This document shows positions 27,348 through 39,132 of a stretch of 64,000 nucleotides of DNA, in pieces. The notes under the pieces were generated by a model that was not told the origin of the DNA, searched no databases, and saw nothing but the letters and a program-made list of their open reading frames with translations. The DNA is taken from positions 20,765 through 84,764 of the forward strand of contig CAZGPK010000002.1 of the NCBI GenBank assembly GCA_964527115.1. Direction: 5' to 3'. The number at the start of each line of letters is the position of its first letter. Position 1 is the stretch's first letter. The DNA is from an uncultured Gammaproteobacteria bacterium. GTDB lineage: Bacteria; Patescibacteriota; Microgenomatia; UBA12405; CAZGPK01. A program made the position numbers and the translations under genes.

Positions 27348-29972
27348 TTAGATTTGTTTTTTAAGGCAGGCTAGGGCAGTAATGTGGTCGCCCTCTTTGG
27401 GGCGCATGAGGATGACGCCCTGGGTGGCTCGACCCAAGACAGGGATATTTTTTACTGGAAGCTTGACGGTCATGGCCTTGCGGGTGCTAAGGATAATTTG
27501 GGTAGTTTTTTCAGAGACAATACTGGCGCAGGCCACTTCTCCTGTTTTTTTAGTAAGATTGGCTACTTTTACACCCACCCCCCCGCGCTTTTGTAGAGGA
27601 TATGAATAGACATCGGTTCTTTTGCCGATGCCACGTTGAGTGGCAACCAAAAGGTGGCGGAAGATTTTGTGGCGACGGTCCTTGGGGGGTGGAAGTTTGG
27701 CAGGAATAGTGCTCATGTTGATGACCTCATTGCCTTCTTTTAAGGAAATACCTCGGACGCCGCGGCTGTGGCGGCCCATGGGGCGGATGTCGGACTCGGC
27801 AAAGCGAATACATTTACCGTTGCGGCTGACTAAAAAGATTTGTTGAGAGCCGCTGGTGAGGCGGGCCCAGGCTAGCTCATCACTTGGATCAAGGCGGATG
27901 GCAATGAGACCGTTTTGACGGATGTTTTTGTATTTTACTAATTCGGTTTTTTTGACAACGCCCTTGATGGTAGCTAAAACTACAAAAAGATAAGGGCTAT
28001 CTTTTTTGACGGGAAGGATAGTTTGGATTTCTTCGCCTTGGTCAATATTAATAAGATTGATGATGGCCTGACCCTTGGCCTGGCGACTGCTGTCGGGGAT
28101 TTCCCAGGCCCGAAGCCGGAAGCAACGGCCTTTATTCGTGAAGAAAAGGAGATAATCGTGAGTGTTGGCCGACAAAAGGTGGGCGATTTCATCTTCTTCT
28201 TTGGTGGTCATACCAACAACCCCCTTCCCTCCCCTCTTTTGAGAGCGGTAGGTGTCACGAGGAACTCTTTTGATGTAGCCGGTGTGGGTGACAGTGATGA
28301 TGACGTCTTTTTCGGGAATTAGATCTTCCTCACTTAAGGAATTGAGTTCTTGAGAGACAATGCGGGTACGGCGTTTGTCGGGATAGCGCTCCATGATTTC
28401 TTGATTTTCGTTTTTCAGGATCTTTAGGAGTTTTTCGGGGCGAGTGAGAATGCTAATAAGATTGGTAATAGTTTTTTGAATTTCTTTATATTCGTCTTCT
28501 ACTTTTTGGCGTTCTAGTGCGGCTAGGCGGCGAAGTTGCATGTCAAGGATGGCTACAGCCTGAAGGTCGCTTAAACCAAAGCGTTTAATCAGGTTTTCTT
28601 TTGCCTGGTCGGCGTCAGGTGAGCGTTTAATAGTTTCGATAACCTCATCGAGGTTGTCGAGGGCAATTTTTAAGCCTTCCAGAATGTGGGCGCGCATTTT
28701 AGCTTCTTCCAGATCAAAAATGGTGCGGCGGCGAATAATTTCTTCGCGGTGTTTGAGGAAAAGAAGGAGAGCTTGGCGAAGGTTGATAGTTAAAGGGACA
28801 CCGTCAACAAGGGTAACGATATTGGCTGGATAGCTCGTTTGTAGCTGGGTATATTTATAGAGCTTGTTAAGAATTGATTTAGGTTGGGAGGCTTTTTTAA
28901 GGTCAACAACAACACGGATACCCTGGCGGTCTGATTCGTCTCTTAGGTCAGAAATGCCAATGATTTTTTTGTCTTTGGCCAGGTCGGCGATTTTGGCAAC
29001 GAGTTCTGATTTGTTTACCTGGTAAGGGAGTTGGGAAATGATAATTTGGAAACGCCCGCTTTTATTTTCCTGAATTTCCGCTTTTCCCCGAACAATGACC
29101 TTTCCCCTGCCGGTTTGGTAGATTTCCAGAATAGATTTTTTGCCGTAGATAATGCCGGCGGTGGGAAAGTCAGGGCCTTTGACAAAGGTAGCTAAATCTT
29201 CTGGGGTAACAGTGGTTTCAAATTTAAAGTGATGATGGCGGTACTGATTCAAGTCGAAAAGAATTTTTTCACGAGTAGAAAGTTTATCTAAAGGTAGGGC
29301 AAGATTTGGTAGATTATTATTTTCAACTTGCTCTAGGCTGGAATTTTCCAGGATGTGGTTTATGGCTTGGCAAAGTTCTTGGAGATTGTGGGGCGGGATC
29401 TTAGTAGCGAAACCAACAGCGATGCCGTCGGCTCCATTTAAAAGGAGGTTGGGGATACGGGCTGGCAGAACGGTAGGCTCTTGCAGGGAATCGTCGAAGT
29501 TGGAGCTGGTGTTAACGGTGTTTTTGCGAATATCGTTTAAGAGATCTTGGCTAGTGCGGGCGAGACGCATTTCCGTATAACGCATGGCGGCGGGAGGATC
29601 ACCGTCAATGGAACCAAAGTTTCCTTGGCCGTCAACCAAAAGATAGCGCAGGGAAAAACCTTGGGCCATACGAACGGCGGCCATATAGACTGAGGAGTCA
29701 CCGTGGGGGTGGTATTTACCTAAAACCTCGCCGATAACTTTGGCTGATTTGACGTATTTACCGCCTGGAGTAAGGCCCATTTGGTGCATGGCAAAAAGAA
29801 TGCGGCGCTGAACTGGTTTTAGCCCGTCGCGAACATCAGGTAGGGCTCTTTCCACAATGACGCTCATGGCATAATCCAGATAGCTTTTTTCCATTTCTTG
29901 GACGATGCTAATTTCCCGTACATTTTTGGCAACGGTAATTTCTGGTTGATTTTTTGGGTTATCGTCTTTCAT
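27348..29972 (-). CDS. gyrA: DNA gyrase subunit A
   Basis: [20 protein letters not shown], catalytic Tyr region, C-terminal beta-pinwheel repeats. Confidence 0.95.
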   Translation of the reverse strand: MKDDNPKNQPEITVAKNVREISIVQEMEKSYLDYAMSVIVERALPDVRDGLKPVQRRILFAMHQMGLTPGGKYVKSAKVIGEVLGKYHPHGDSSVYMAAVRMAQGFSLRYLLVDGQGNFGSIDGDPPAAMRYTEMRLARTSQDLLNDIRKNTVNTSSNFDDSLQEPTVLPARIPNLLLNGADGIAVGFATKIPPHNLQELCQAINHILENSSLEQVENNNLPNLALPLDKLSTREKILFDLNQYRHHHFKFETTVTPEDLATFVKGPDFPTAGIIYGKKSILEIYQTGRGKVIVRGKAEIQENKSGRFQIIISQLPYQVNKSELVAKIADLAKDKKIIGISDLRDESDRQGIRVVVDLKKASQPKSILNKLYKYTQLQTSYPANIVTLVDGVPLTINLRQALLLFLKHREEIIRRRTIFDLEEAKMRAHILEGLKIALDNLDEVIETIKRSPDADQAKENLIKRFGLSDLQAVAILDMQLRRLAALERQKVEDEYKEIQKTITNLISILTRPEKLLKILKNENQEIMERYPDKRRTRIVSQELNSLSEEDLIPEKDVIITVTHTGYIKRVPRDTYRSQKRGGKGVVGMTTKEEDEIAHLLSANTHDYLLFFTNKGRCFRLRAWEIPDSSRQAKGQAIINLINIDQGEEIQTILPVKKDSPYLFVVLATIKGVVKKTELVKYKNIRQNGLIAIRLDPSDELAWARLTSGSQQIFLVSRNGKCIRFAESDIRPMGRHSRGVRGISLKEGNEVINMSTIPAKLPPPKDRRHKIFRHLLVATQRGIGKRTDVYSYPLQKRGGVGVKVANLTKKTGEVACASIVSEKTTQIILSTRKAMTVKLPVKNIPVLGRATQGVILMRPKEGDHITALACLKKQI

Positions 29973-29984
29973 TTTAAGATAAGT

Positions 29985-31997
<2,013 letters not shown>

Positions 31998-32087
31998 TTA
32001 GGGTTCAATGGGCAATTTTTGCCTATTTATAGGAGTTATTTTTGTGATTTTTTTAGAAGTTCTTGAAGGGCGTGTTATGATCCTTTT

Positions 32088-32867
32088 ATGCGAAAAAGAC
32101 CAGCCTTTGATGACATTTTTAAATTTGGAGATGCGCGGATAAATTATCGGGTTTTAGGGGCTGGAAAATCAGTAATTTTATTGCATGGATCAATGGCCAG
32201 TCGGGTTTGGGAAGGCTTTGATAAGGAGTTGGCAAAATATTTTAAAGTTTATGTTTTAGAGTTGCCGGGTTTTGGGGCTTCGGATACGGTTAAAGGCGAG
32301 CGGCACAATACCGATCTTTTTGCCAAAGTATTGGGTGCTTTTGCTAAAAATATGGATTTAGTTCGGGTGCCGGTTTTGGCGTTTTCTTTGGGGACGCTGG
32401 TGGCGCTTAAGGCGGCGGCAAAGGGGTTTGTTTTGGGAAAACTGGTTTTGGTGGGAGTGCCGGGGCGAGTAAATGGTGGAGCTGGGTTTTTTGATGTGGT
32501 AATCCCCTATTTGCTGAAGAGATCGCTTTTTTCTTCTTGGTGGGGAAAGCGGATTTTGGGAGTTTTGCTTTTGACTAATGTGGGGCGCGCGGGGAAACGA
32601 AAGGCAGGCAATTTTTTAAAGATTTTAGAACAGACGGATTGGCGCTCGGTGGTGGAAATAAACTATAAAAAAGAAATTGAGGAAGATTTACCGAAGGCCT
32701 TAAAGAAGGCTAAAAACAAGAAACTTTTTCTTTATGGAGAATATGATCTTTTAAAAAATACTACCCAAGAAATGATAAGAAGTTACGAGATAGTGCCAAA
32801 AGCGGGACATAATGCTTTTCGAGGAAACAAGAAGGAAACTTTGGCAAAAATTAGAAAGTTTTTGTAG
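32088..32867 (+). CDS. alpha/beta-fold hydrolase
   Basis: VILLHGSMAS; nucleophile elbow context FSLGTLVAL. Confidence 0.65.
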   Translation: MRKRPAFDDIFKFGDARINYRVLGAGKSVILLHGSMASRVWEGFDKELAKYFKVYVLELPGFGASDTVKGERHNTDLFAKVLGAFAKNMDLVRVPVLAFSLGTLVALKAAAKGFVLGKLVLVGVPGRVNGGAGFFDVVIPYLLKRSLFSSWWGKRILGVLLLTNVGRAGKRKAGNFLKILEQTDWRSVVEINYKKEIEEDLPKALKKAKNKKLFLYGEYDLLKNTTQEMIRSYEIVPKAGHNAFRGNKKETLAKIRKFL

Positions 32868-33381
32868 ATTCTAGATAGTGGTAAATAACGGCGCTGGCGC
32901 TGACTAGGACATTTAAGGAGCGATTGATGCCAAACATGGGGATTTCTACTTTTTGGTCAACTACTTTTAGGGCGGCAGAGCTAATGCCATCTGATTCGTT
33001 ACCAAGAACAAGAGCGAGTTTTTTAGGGTATTTGACCAGGTGGTAGGGAGTGGATTTTTTGGTTTGTTCAATGGCAATTGTTTGATAACCTTCTTTTTTA
33101 AGCTTTAAAATAGCGGGGATGGCAGAGCGCTGTTGTTCCCAAGGAACCCATTTCCAGGTGCCGACGGAGGCGCGATGGATTTTAATGTTGGGAGGAGTGA
33201 CGGTTGGGCCGCAGAGGATAATTTTTTCGGCAGCAACGGCGTCAGCTAGGCGAAAAAAAGAGCCAATATTGAAAGTATCGAGAATGCCATCAAGAACAAT
33301 GACAAGGGGGTTGCGCCTAATTTGAGAAAGATCCTCAGCTTTAGGATGGGAGACTCTTAGCTCTTTGGCGTTTAGGACCAT
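32851..33381 (-). CDS. SpoU/TrmH-family RNA 2'-O-methyltransferase
   Basis: SPOUT motifs (LVLGNESDGIS, IPMFGINRSLNVLVSASAVIYH). Confidence 0.8.
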   Translation of the reverse strand: MVLNAKELRVSHPKAEDLSQIRRNPLVIVLDGILDTFNIGSFFRLADAVAAEKIILCGPTVTPPNIKIHRASVGTWKWVPWEQQRSAIPAILKLKKEGYQTIAIEQTKKSTPYHLVKYPKKLALVLGNESDGISSAALKVVDQKVEIPMFGINRSLNVLVSASAVIYHYLESTKTF

Positions 33382-33384
33382 TTT

Positions 33385-34353
33385 TTAGCAACCACCGGCC
33401 GCGGCGGCTTGAGTGGAATCTTCTTGGGAAAGCTCAGTTTTACAGGCCTTGGGGGCTTTTTTGAATCCGGCACAGATTGCTTCTTTTAATGTGTCGGAAG
33501 TTCGGTATTGAGTTTGTTCGATAACTTTTTTACCGATTTTCAAACTAGCTTTTCCGGCTTGGTCGTAGGCCGCCTCTGGGGGAAAATTTTCTCCGTTGAC
33601 CAGGAAAGTGGGAGAGCCATAGGCCTGGTAACGGTCAGACTCGGCTAATTCTGATTCGATAATATCGATCGCTTTTTCATTGAAACAGAGTTTGATGGCT
33701 TCGGTGTCAAATCCTGCTTTTTTGGCTAGTGGTTCCCAGCAATTGTCGACATTTTCACTATTGCAGTCTTGATTTACAGACAGGACGAAGTCCCACCAGG
33801 CTTTTTGGCTGGGAGTGTTTTTAGCGGCACAAATCTCGCGAACGTTTTGATTTAGTTCGCCTCGGCCGTGAAGGGCGGAATAGGCAACACCGTCTTTTTC
33901 TAAGAGGTATTTATTTTTACACTCGGCCAAAGAGTCAACAAACTGAGCCTTACACTCGGCTTGGGTTTGAAAATATCCCTGAGTAATGTATTCCTGGCAG
34001 GAAGCTTGGCTGTAAATACGGGGGGTGCAAAACCCGTTGATATCATCAACGCGGGAGAAAATATAGTGGGTTTCGATATTAGCCTCTTCACCTAAAAGAT
34101 CAACGACCGGGGCCAAGGCCTCTTCGGCTTGGTTACCGTAAGGGCAGAAGCTCATGGTGAAAAACTTGAAGGTGGATTTTTCTTCGGCGCTAGGTTCAAA
34201 GGCAACGGCGGAGACAGAGCTAGTTTGGTTGGTAGTTATTTTGGCAGAGAGGCTGCCGGCTAAAAAGGCGGCGGCGGCAATAATTACAGCAAAAATAATG
34301 AAATTTAAACGGGGCATGCTGATTTTTTTATTATTTTTTATTTTCTTGATCAT
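33385..34353 (-). CDS. secreted thioredoxin-fold (DsbA-like) protein, hypothetical
   Basis: Signal anchor. FFTMSFCPYGNQAE resembles a DsbA-like active-site region but shows a single Cys. Many additional Cys. Confidence 0.35.
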   Translation of the reverse strand: MIKKIKNNKKISMPRLNFIIFAVIIAAAAFLAGSLSAKITTNQTSSVSAVAFEPSAEEKSTFKFFTMSFCPYGNQAEEALAPVVDLLGEEANIETHYIFSRVDDINGFCTPRIYSQASCQEYITQGYFQTQAECKAQFVDSLAECKNKYLLEKDGVAYSALHGRGELNQNVREICAAKNTPSQKAWWDFVLSVNQDCNSENVDNCWEPLAKKAGFDTEAIKLCFNEKAIDIIESELAESDRYQAYGSPTFLVNGENFPPEAAYDQAGKASLKIGKKVIEQTQYRTSDTLKEAICAGFKKAPKACKTELSQEDSTQAAAAGGC

Positions 34354-34412
34354 TTTTAGGATTTTTTAAAATATAAATTAAGAGAGGTATTTTATAAGAC
34401 CCAGACAGTATA

Positions 34413-34625
34413 TCATTTTTTTTGAAAGGAAATGCCAGAGGTAGGACAAGAGACTATGGCAAGCTTGGCTTTTGCCAATTCTTCTGGCGTTTGTGGTTGT
34501 TTTTTTATTTTGGCTTTACCGGTTTGAGGGTTAATGGTAAAAATTTCTGGTGCTAAGGCGACACAGGTGCCGCAACCTAAACATTTGCTTTGGTCTATGG
34601 CGAGCGTTTGGTTGGTTTTTGACAT
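34413..34625 (-). CDS. 4Fe-4S ferredoxin
   Basis: 70 aa; CLGCGTCV...C cluster motif. Confidence 0.8.
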   Translation of the reverse strand: MSKTNQTLAIDQSKCLGCGTCVALAPEIFTINPQTGKAKIKKQPQTPEELAKAKLAIVSCPTSGISFQKK

Positions 34626-34666
34626 AAGTGAAGAAGATTATTAAGGAAAAGATATTTTTTGTCAAT

Positions 34667-35173
34667 TTAGGAGCGGTATTTACGGCCGATGGGATTTTGG
34701 TTTAGAAAAAGACCAGTTTCATCAATGACATTTAGAATGAGACTGGCCCTTTCGATAGCTTCGGGAAGGCTGAGGTTTTTAAGATTGTGAGGGAACCAAT
34801 GGAAAATTTCATTACGGGAATTTTTCCAGGCGTGCCAGAGTTTTTCGGCTAAAAGTTCGCCCTTTGGGTCGAGGTCGGCCAGGCGTTGGTAGATAGAAAA
34901 GCGCTTGTAGCGAAGAGAAGGATTGAGAGTTTTCCCTACCCGAAAGTGATCAGAGCGATGAAGGCGTAGATCAATAAGGTCAATTTTAAGGAAAAAATCT
35001 TTTAAAAAGCCTTCATAGGCTTTGGCAAAGGGGGCCACGAGAAATGAATAATCATTCATTTTTCCAGATAAGTGTTGTTTGGTTGATTCAATGAGGATTG
35101 CTCCGTCTTGGACTAGTTTTTTTTGGTTTGGACTGAGATATTTTTGAGCTTTAGTTAGTTGGGCATTATCCAT
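34667..35173 (-). CDS. hypothetical protein with HEPN-like Rx4H motif
   Basis: 168 aa, helical; WKNSRNEIFHW contains the canonical RNxxxH HEPN signature; no other domain. Confidence 0.35.
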   Translation of the reverse strand: MDNAQLTKAQKYLSPNQKKLVQDGAILIESTKQHLSGKMNDYSFLVAPFAKAYEGFLKDFFLKIDLIDLRLHRSDHFRVGKTLNPSLRYKRFSIYQRLADLDPKGELLAEKLWHAWKNSRNEIFHWFPHNLKNLSLPEAIERASLILNVIDETGLFLNQNPIGRKYRS

Positions 35174-35182
35174 TTTTTTGTT

Positions 35183-35755
35183 TTAAGAGTTTAAAAGAAA
35201 AAGAAAGAAAAGGAAGAGGCATGAGGAAAGCAGAAGTAGATAAAGCTCAAGAGCTTTGTCGGTTAAGCGGACTAAGTGGCTGCGGGCAAAGAGCCAAATT
35301 TTTAAATCCTGGCGGCGCAGATAAAAATCCTTGAGGCAGTCAGAGAGAAGATGAAGATTTAAAGAGAAGACTAGGGATTTGGCAAAAATCGAAGAGGTTG
35401 AACTCAAGATAAAAAAAGTTAAAGGGAGAAGGAGAAGCTGGAAATGGAAGTGGTGAAAAGTGAGGTTGTTGTGGGAGAGGTGGTAATGAGCCAGATGGGC
35501 TAGGAGTTGGGGATAATTTTTAGAAAGAAGAATTTTTTTGGCTTCCTGGGATTCCGGCAGATTAGGGTGGGTGACAAACCAGTAGACAGGGTGGTCTAAA
35601 TCCAAAAGGAAAGAGCCAAGACCCATGCCTAAGAAAAGACTTAGGAAGGAGAAAAATGGGCTTTCTTTTAAAAGCCAAATAAGGGAAAGAAGAAGAGTGA
35701 GGGTGGCAGTGGGAACAAGATGAAGAGTTAGTTCTCTTTTTAGCTCTGGGGGCAT
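35183..35755 (-). CDS. His-rich polytopic membrane protein, hypothetical
   Basis: Several TM helices; AHLAHYHLSHNNLTFHHFHF. Confidence 0.3.
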   Translation of the reverse strand: MPPELKRELTLHLVPTATLTLLLSLIWLLKESPFFSFLSLFLGMGLGSFLLDLDHPVYWFVTHPNLPESQEAKKILLSKNYPQLLAHLAHYHLSHNNLTFHHFHFQLLLLPLTFFILSSTSSIFAKSLVFSLNLHLLSDCLKDFYLRRQDLKIWLFARSHLVRLTDKALELYLLLLSSCLFLFFLFLLNS

Positions 35756-35801
35756 ACTAACAGTATTAAGTAGTAGTAGAGAGGGTGCAAGGACGAAAAA
35801 G

Positions 35802-36953
35802 TTATTTTTTACTCTTTTGGGTTAGTGTCTGCATTTTCAAAAGGGCTTTTTGGCGGTTGGGGTTTTTAAAATGGGTACGGGCTGGGGCCAGTTTTTCAAT
35901 TAACCAATCCCCTACCCCATTTTTAAGGTCGAGGGGGTGGAGAAGGCCTTTTTGGTAGTCATGTTTTATTTTTTCAATATCACGGTAAACTTTGGGACCA
36001 CCAAATTTGGCCGGACGGGAAAGGCGAAGTTCACCTGTTTTTTCTCCCCAGAAGACCAAGGTTTCTACCCAGTTAATCAGGGGATTGTGTTCCAGAATTT
36101 GTGGTGGGCAGTAAGCAGTTTTAATTTTAGCGCGGATTTCTTCGGGACTATCGTGGACGAAAATAGCTGAGCCGGGCTTAGATTTGCTCATTTTAAGGGC
36201 TTCACTAGTTTCTTGCTGTTTTTTACCCAAATCTTCTTTGGTGGGGGCAGCTAGGCCGGCGACAAGATTATGGTGTATGGCAACGGGGGTAATTATTTGA
36301 CCCTGTTTGTTTTTTAGTGGATTGATAGTTAATTTTTTGGCTACTTGACGAGCAATAACATGAGCCTTTCTTTGGTCAAGGCCGGCGTGGGCAAGGTTTA
36401 CCTGCATAGTGAAAATATCGGCGACTTGAAGTGGGGGGTAGAAAAGGGTGGCCAAGTTAACATCATTACCGGCCTCTTTGCCCATGATGGAAATGGAGCG
36501 AAGGCCGCGGGAGAGAGTGACGTGTTGGCCCACTTCCATGAAGGTTTCCCAGTGGACGGGATTTTCCCGGTAGAGGTCTTTGCCCAAGACAAACTTTAGT
36601 TTCCCCTCCCCTACTCCAAAACAAGCAAGAGAGGCGACTAGCGCCTCTTGGAAATAGGTTTGGGTCATCTCCCTGATAAGCTTCCAGTTGCCGTCGAGTT
36701 TGTGGTTTAGATAGCTGTGAAAGTCGGCCAGGAAGATTTGGCAGGTGGCTCCCGCTTTTAAGAAATCGGCAATTTTTCCCATGCAGATAAGGCCGGTACC
36801 TAAATGAACCAGGCCGGAAATTTCCAGACCAATGTAGTGGTTTAGGGGGGTGTTGGAGACAAGAAGATTCTCAAGATCTTTTTCGGTTAGGATCTCTTGG
36901 CAGTTGCGAGCAATAAGGTGAAATTTTTGTTTTTGATTATGGTTGATGGTCAT
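35802..36953 (-). CDS. tyrS: tyrosine--tRNA ligase, archaeal/eukaryotic type
   Basis: HIGH-region YIGLEISGLVHLGT and KMSKS. Strong similarity to M. jannaschii TyrRS at DSPEEIRAKIKTAYCP and KFGG...LHPLDLKN. A tRNA-Tyr gene lies immediately upstream on the same strand. Confidence 0.8.
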   Translation of the reverse strand: MTINHNQKQKFHLIARNCQEILTEKDLENLLVSNTPLNHYIGLEISGLVHLGTGLICMGKIADFLKAGATCQIFLADFHSYLNHKLDGNWKLIREMTQTYFQEALVASLACFGVGEGKLKFVLGKDLYRENPVHWETFMEVGQHVTLSRGLRSISIMGKEAGNDVNLATLFYPPLQVADIFTMQVNLAHAGLDQRKAHVIARQVAKKLTINPLKNKQGQIITPVAIHHNLVAGLAAPTKEDLGKKQQETSEALKMSKSKPGSAIFVHDSPEEIRAKIKTAYCPPQILEHNPLINWVETLVFWGEKTGELRLSRPAKFGGPKVYRDIEKIKHDYQKGLLHPLDLKNGVGDWLIEKLAPARTHFKNPNRQKALLKMQTLTQKSKK

Positions 36954-37012
36954 TTTTTTTGGGAAAAATTTTAATTAAACAGGATAGTTTTGTTAAATGA
37001 AATGGTTTTTTT

Positions 37013-37097
37013 TGGTCCAGGGGGCAGGGTTCGAACCTGCGTAGGCTGAGCCGACGGTTTTACAGACCGTTCCGTTTGACCACTCCGGCACCCCTGG
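37013..37097 (-). tRNA. tRNA-Tyr (anticodon GTA) with long variable arm; CCA encoded
   Basis: The reverse complement gives CCAGGGG-TG-CCGG..., anticodon stem ACGGT/ACCGT with loop CTGTAAA, variable arm CGGCTCAGCCTAC, and T arm GCAGG-TTCGAAC-CCTGC. Confidence 0.8.
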
Positions 37098-37269
37098 TAT
37101 CTTCGTATTTTAAGCGATGGTCGGGGAAAGCTCAACTTTTTATTAAGAATTAAGATTATTAAGAATTAAGAAGAAGAATTTATAATGACTTGACAAGGTT
37201 AGTATTTTTTTGTCATGATGAATCTAGATTATTTTAGATATTTATTGAATATACAGTGGAGCAGTAAAA

Positions 37270-38094
37270 ATGAAAAAATTTCAAGTTTTTTTGATATTCT
37301 CTTTGTTTTTAGGGATTTTAGGAGCATTGGGGGTGGGGGTGGCGGCGAAGAAAGGGGCGGTTTTGGGAGAGCAGAACTCTCAGGATTCGATATTGCCGGG
37401 AACTGCTTCATGTAACGAGATTGACGAAATGGCAAAAAGGACAAGGAGAGTTCATGCCAGTACTTGTGCTGGCGCTGAAGTAAAAGGATTGACGGTAAGT
37501 GCGGCGGATAAAGATTGTGTATCTTCGGGGGGGACCTGTTTTACTAGAAAGGTCGGTAGTTATTCCCGTGATTGCTGTGAAGGTGAGTGTGTGCCGGTTT
37601 CCGGAAGTTCAAGCATTGTGGGCCGCTGTTCTGGAACGAGTACGGCCAAGAAGGCTACTTTAACACCAGTGGCTAAAGAGCCGGTTCAGGAGCAAAATGC
37701 CATGACTTGTCGCTACTTGGCTTTGGGTTTGCGCTATTTGGATTTGGCTAATAAATACTGTGAAAAGGATAATTCTAAGAAGCCAAGCACGACTCCAGCC
37801 AAAAAACAGGAAGAGCCAACTCCTAAAAAGGGAGTACCTACTTCAGTTGAACCAACGAAAGGGAAGGGACAAGTTACTACTGCTCCCCAACCAACCAGCA
37901 GTGGAGGGAAATGTGGTTTGAATTCTTATCAGATATCTGCTCCCTGTGCGGCTGAATCGGGAACGTATAAATATGAAAAGATGAAATATGCTTGTTATGA
38001 TGATTTCTCAGGTGTGGTTGAGGGCGATGGTTGCAAGACTTCTGATGAGTGGTTAAAGATAGCTTCAGAAAATTGCAAGGGTCATTGTCGATAA
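37270..38094 (+). CDS. secreted Cys-rich protein with Pro/Thr/Lys linker, hypothetical
   Basis: Signal peptide (IFSLFLGILGALGVGVAA); about 20 Cys; KKPSTTPAKKQEEPTPKK linker. Confidence 0.4.
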   Translation: MKKFQVFLIFSLFLGILGALGVGVAAKKGAVLGEQNSQDSILPGTASCNEIDEMAKRTRRVHASTCAGAEVKGLTVSAADKDCVSSGGTCFTRKVGSYSRDCCEGECVPVSGSSSIVGRCSGTSTAKKATLTPVAKEPVQEQNAMTCRYLALGLRYLDLANKYCEKDNSKKPSTTPAKKQEEPTPKKGVPTSVEPTKGKGQVTTAPQPTSSGGKCGLNSYQISAPCAAESGTYKYEKMKYACYDDFSGVVEGDGCKTSDEWLKIASENCKGHCR

Positions 38095-38112
38095 AAGGAT
38101 AAAAGATTGTAG

Positions 38113-39132
38113 TTAATAGAATTGTGGTTGGGCGTTGTCTTTGATAATAATGGGGAGAATTTCGGTTTTAATGAGTTTATTTTCCTGGAAGCTGAGGCGG
38201 CTTATAAAGCCTTCACTGGTTTTTTGAGACCAGTTCTGGTCAAAGATGAAATTGCCATGAGAGTAGATGATTAGTTTTTCTTGGTAATATTCCGGTTCTT
38301 GAGTCCAGTGGGGATGGTTGCCCAAGATAATATCGGCGCCCAGGTCGATAGCCAGGCGAGCCAGATGTTTTTGGCGCGGGGTCGGTTGGTGAGTGTATTC
38401 TTCTCCCCAATGAAAAAAGATAATAACAAGATCTGATTTTTCTTTGGCTTTTGGTATTTGTTCTTTTAGGTTTTGATCAGTGCTTGATTGAATGACTTGG
38501 CCTCGTTGGTTTAAGTCGTTATAGGCAAGAAAGGCGATGATTTGGCCTTTGACAGTGGCAAATTGAGGATTGACGAGCCCCAAAACTTTAATGTTGGCGC
38601 CTTGTAGAAGTGAAGTAGTGTTTTCAATCCCCTCTTGGCCCCAGTTCTCACTGTGGTTGTTGGCCAAGGAGACGAGATCAACGCCGGCAAATTTGAGACC
38701 CTCCAAGTGCTCAGGGGGAGCACAAAAAAGCATGCCGGTGGAGCTGGGAGGACAATGTTGGACGAGGGGATTTTCTAGGTTAATAAGGGTGAGGTCGGCA
38801 CTTTTAAGAACAGCGGCGGTTTTTTCCCAGGGCCAGAGGAAGTTATTTTTGGCTTGGGTTTGAACATTAACGAAACGACCCAACATGATGTCACCGGTGC
38901 TGATTAGTGTCCAGGTTTGAGCAGGAGAAGAGGTAGTTGTTTGCTGGCTTGGGACGGGAAGAAAAGGAAAAACAATTGTGGGCAAAAAGGAGCCAGAGGC
39001 AGCGGTTTTTAATTTTTTATTGTGAAAAAAAAGTACAACCAGAAAAGGGAGGAGAAAGGAAAGCAGAAAGAGAGCTTTACTTTTTCTGGAAGAGAAAAAT
39101 GGCGGCCTTTTGGCCGGAGACAAGAATGTCAT
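38113..39132 (-). CDS. CapA/PGA_cap-family metallophosphoesterase
   Basis: N-terminal TM; ILGNHPHWTQEPEYYQEKLIIYSHGNFIFDQ; PGA_cap fold. Confidence 0.7.
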   Translation of the reverse strand: MTFLSPAKRPPFFSSRKSKALFLLSFLLPFLVVLFFHNKKLKTAASGSFLPTIVFPFLPVPSQQTTTSSPAQTWTLISTGDIMLGRFVNVQTQAKNNFLWPWEKTAAVLKSADLTLINLENPLVQHCPPSSTGMLFCAPPEHLEGLKFAGVDLVSLANNHSENWGQEGIENTTSLLQGANIKVLGLVNPQFATVKGQIIAFLAYNDLNQRGQVIQSSTDQNLKEQIPKAKEKSDLVIIFFHWGEEYTHQPTPRQKHLARLAIDLGADIILGNHPHWTQEPEYYQEKLIIYSHGNFIFDQNWSQKTSEGFISRLSFQENKLIKTEILPIIIKDNAQPQFY

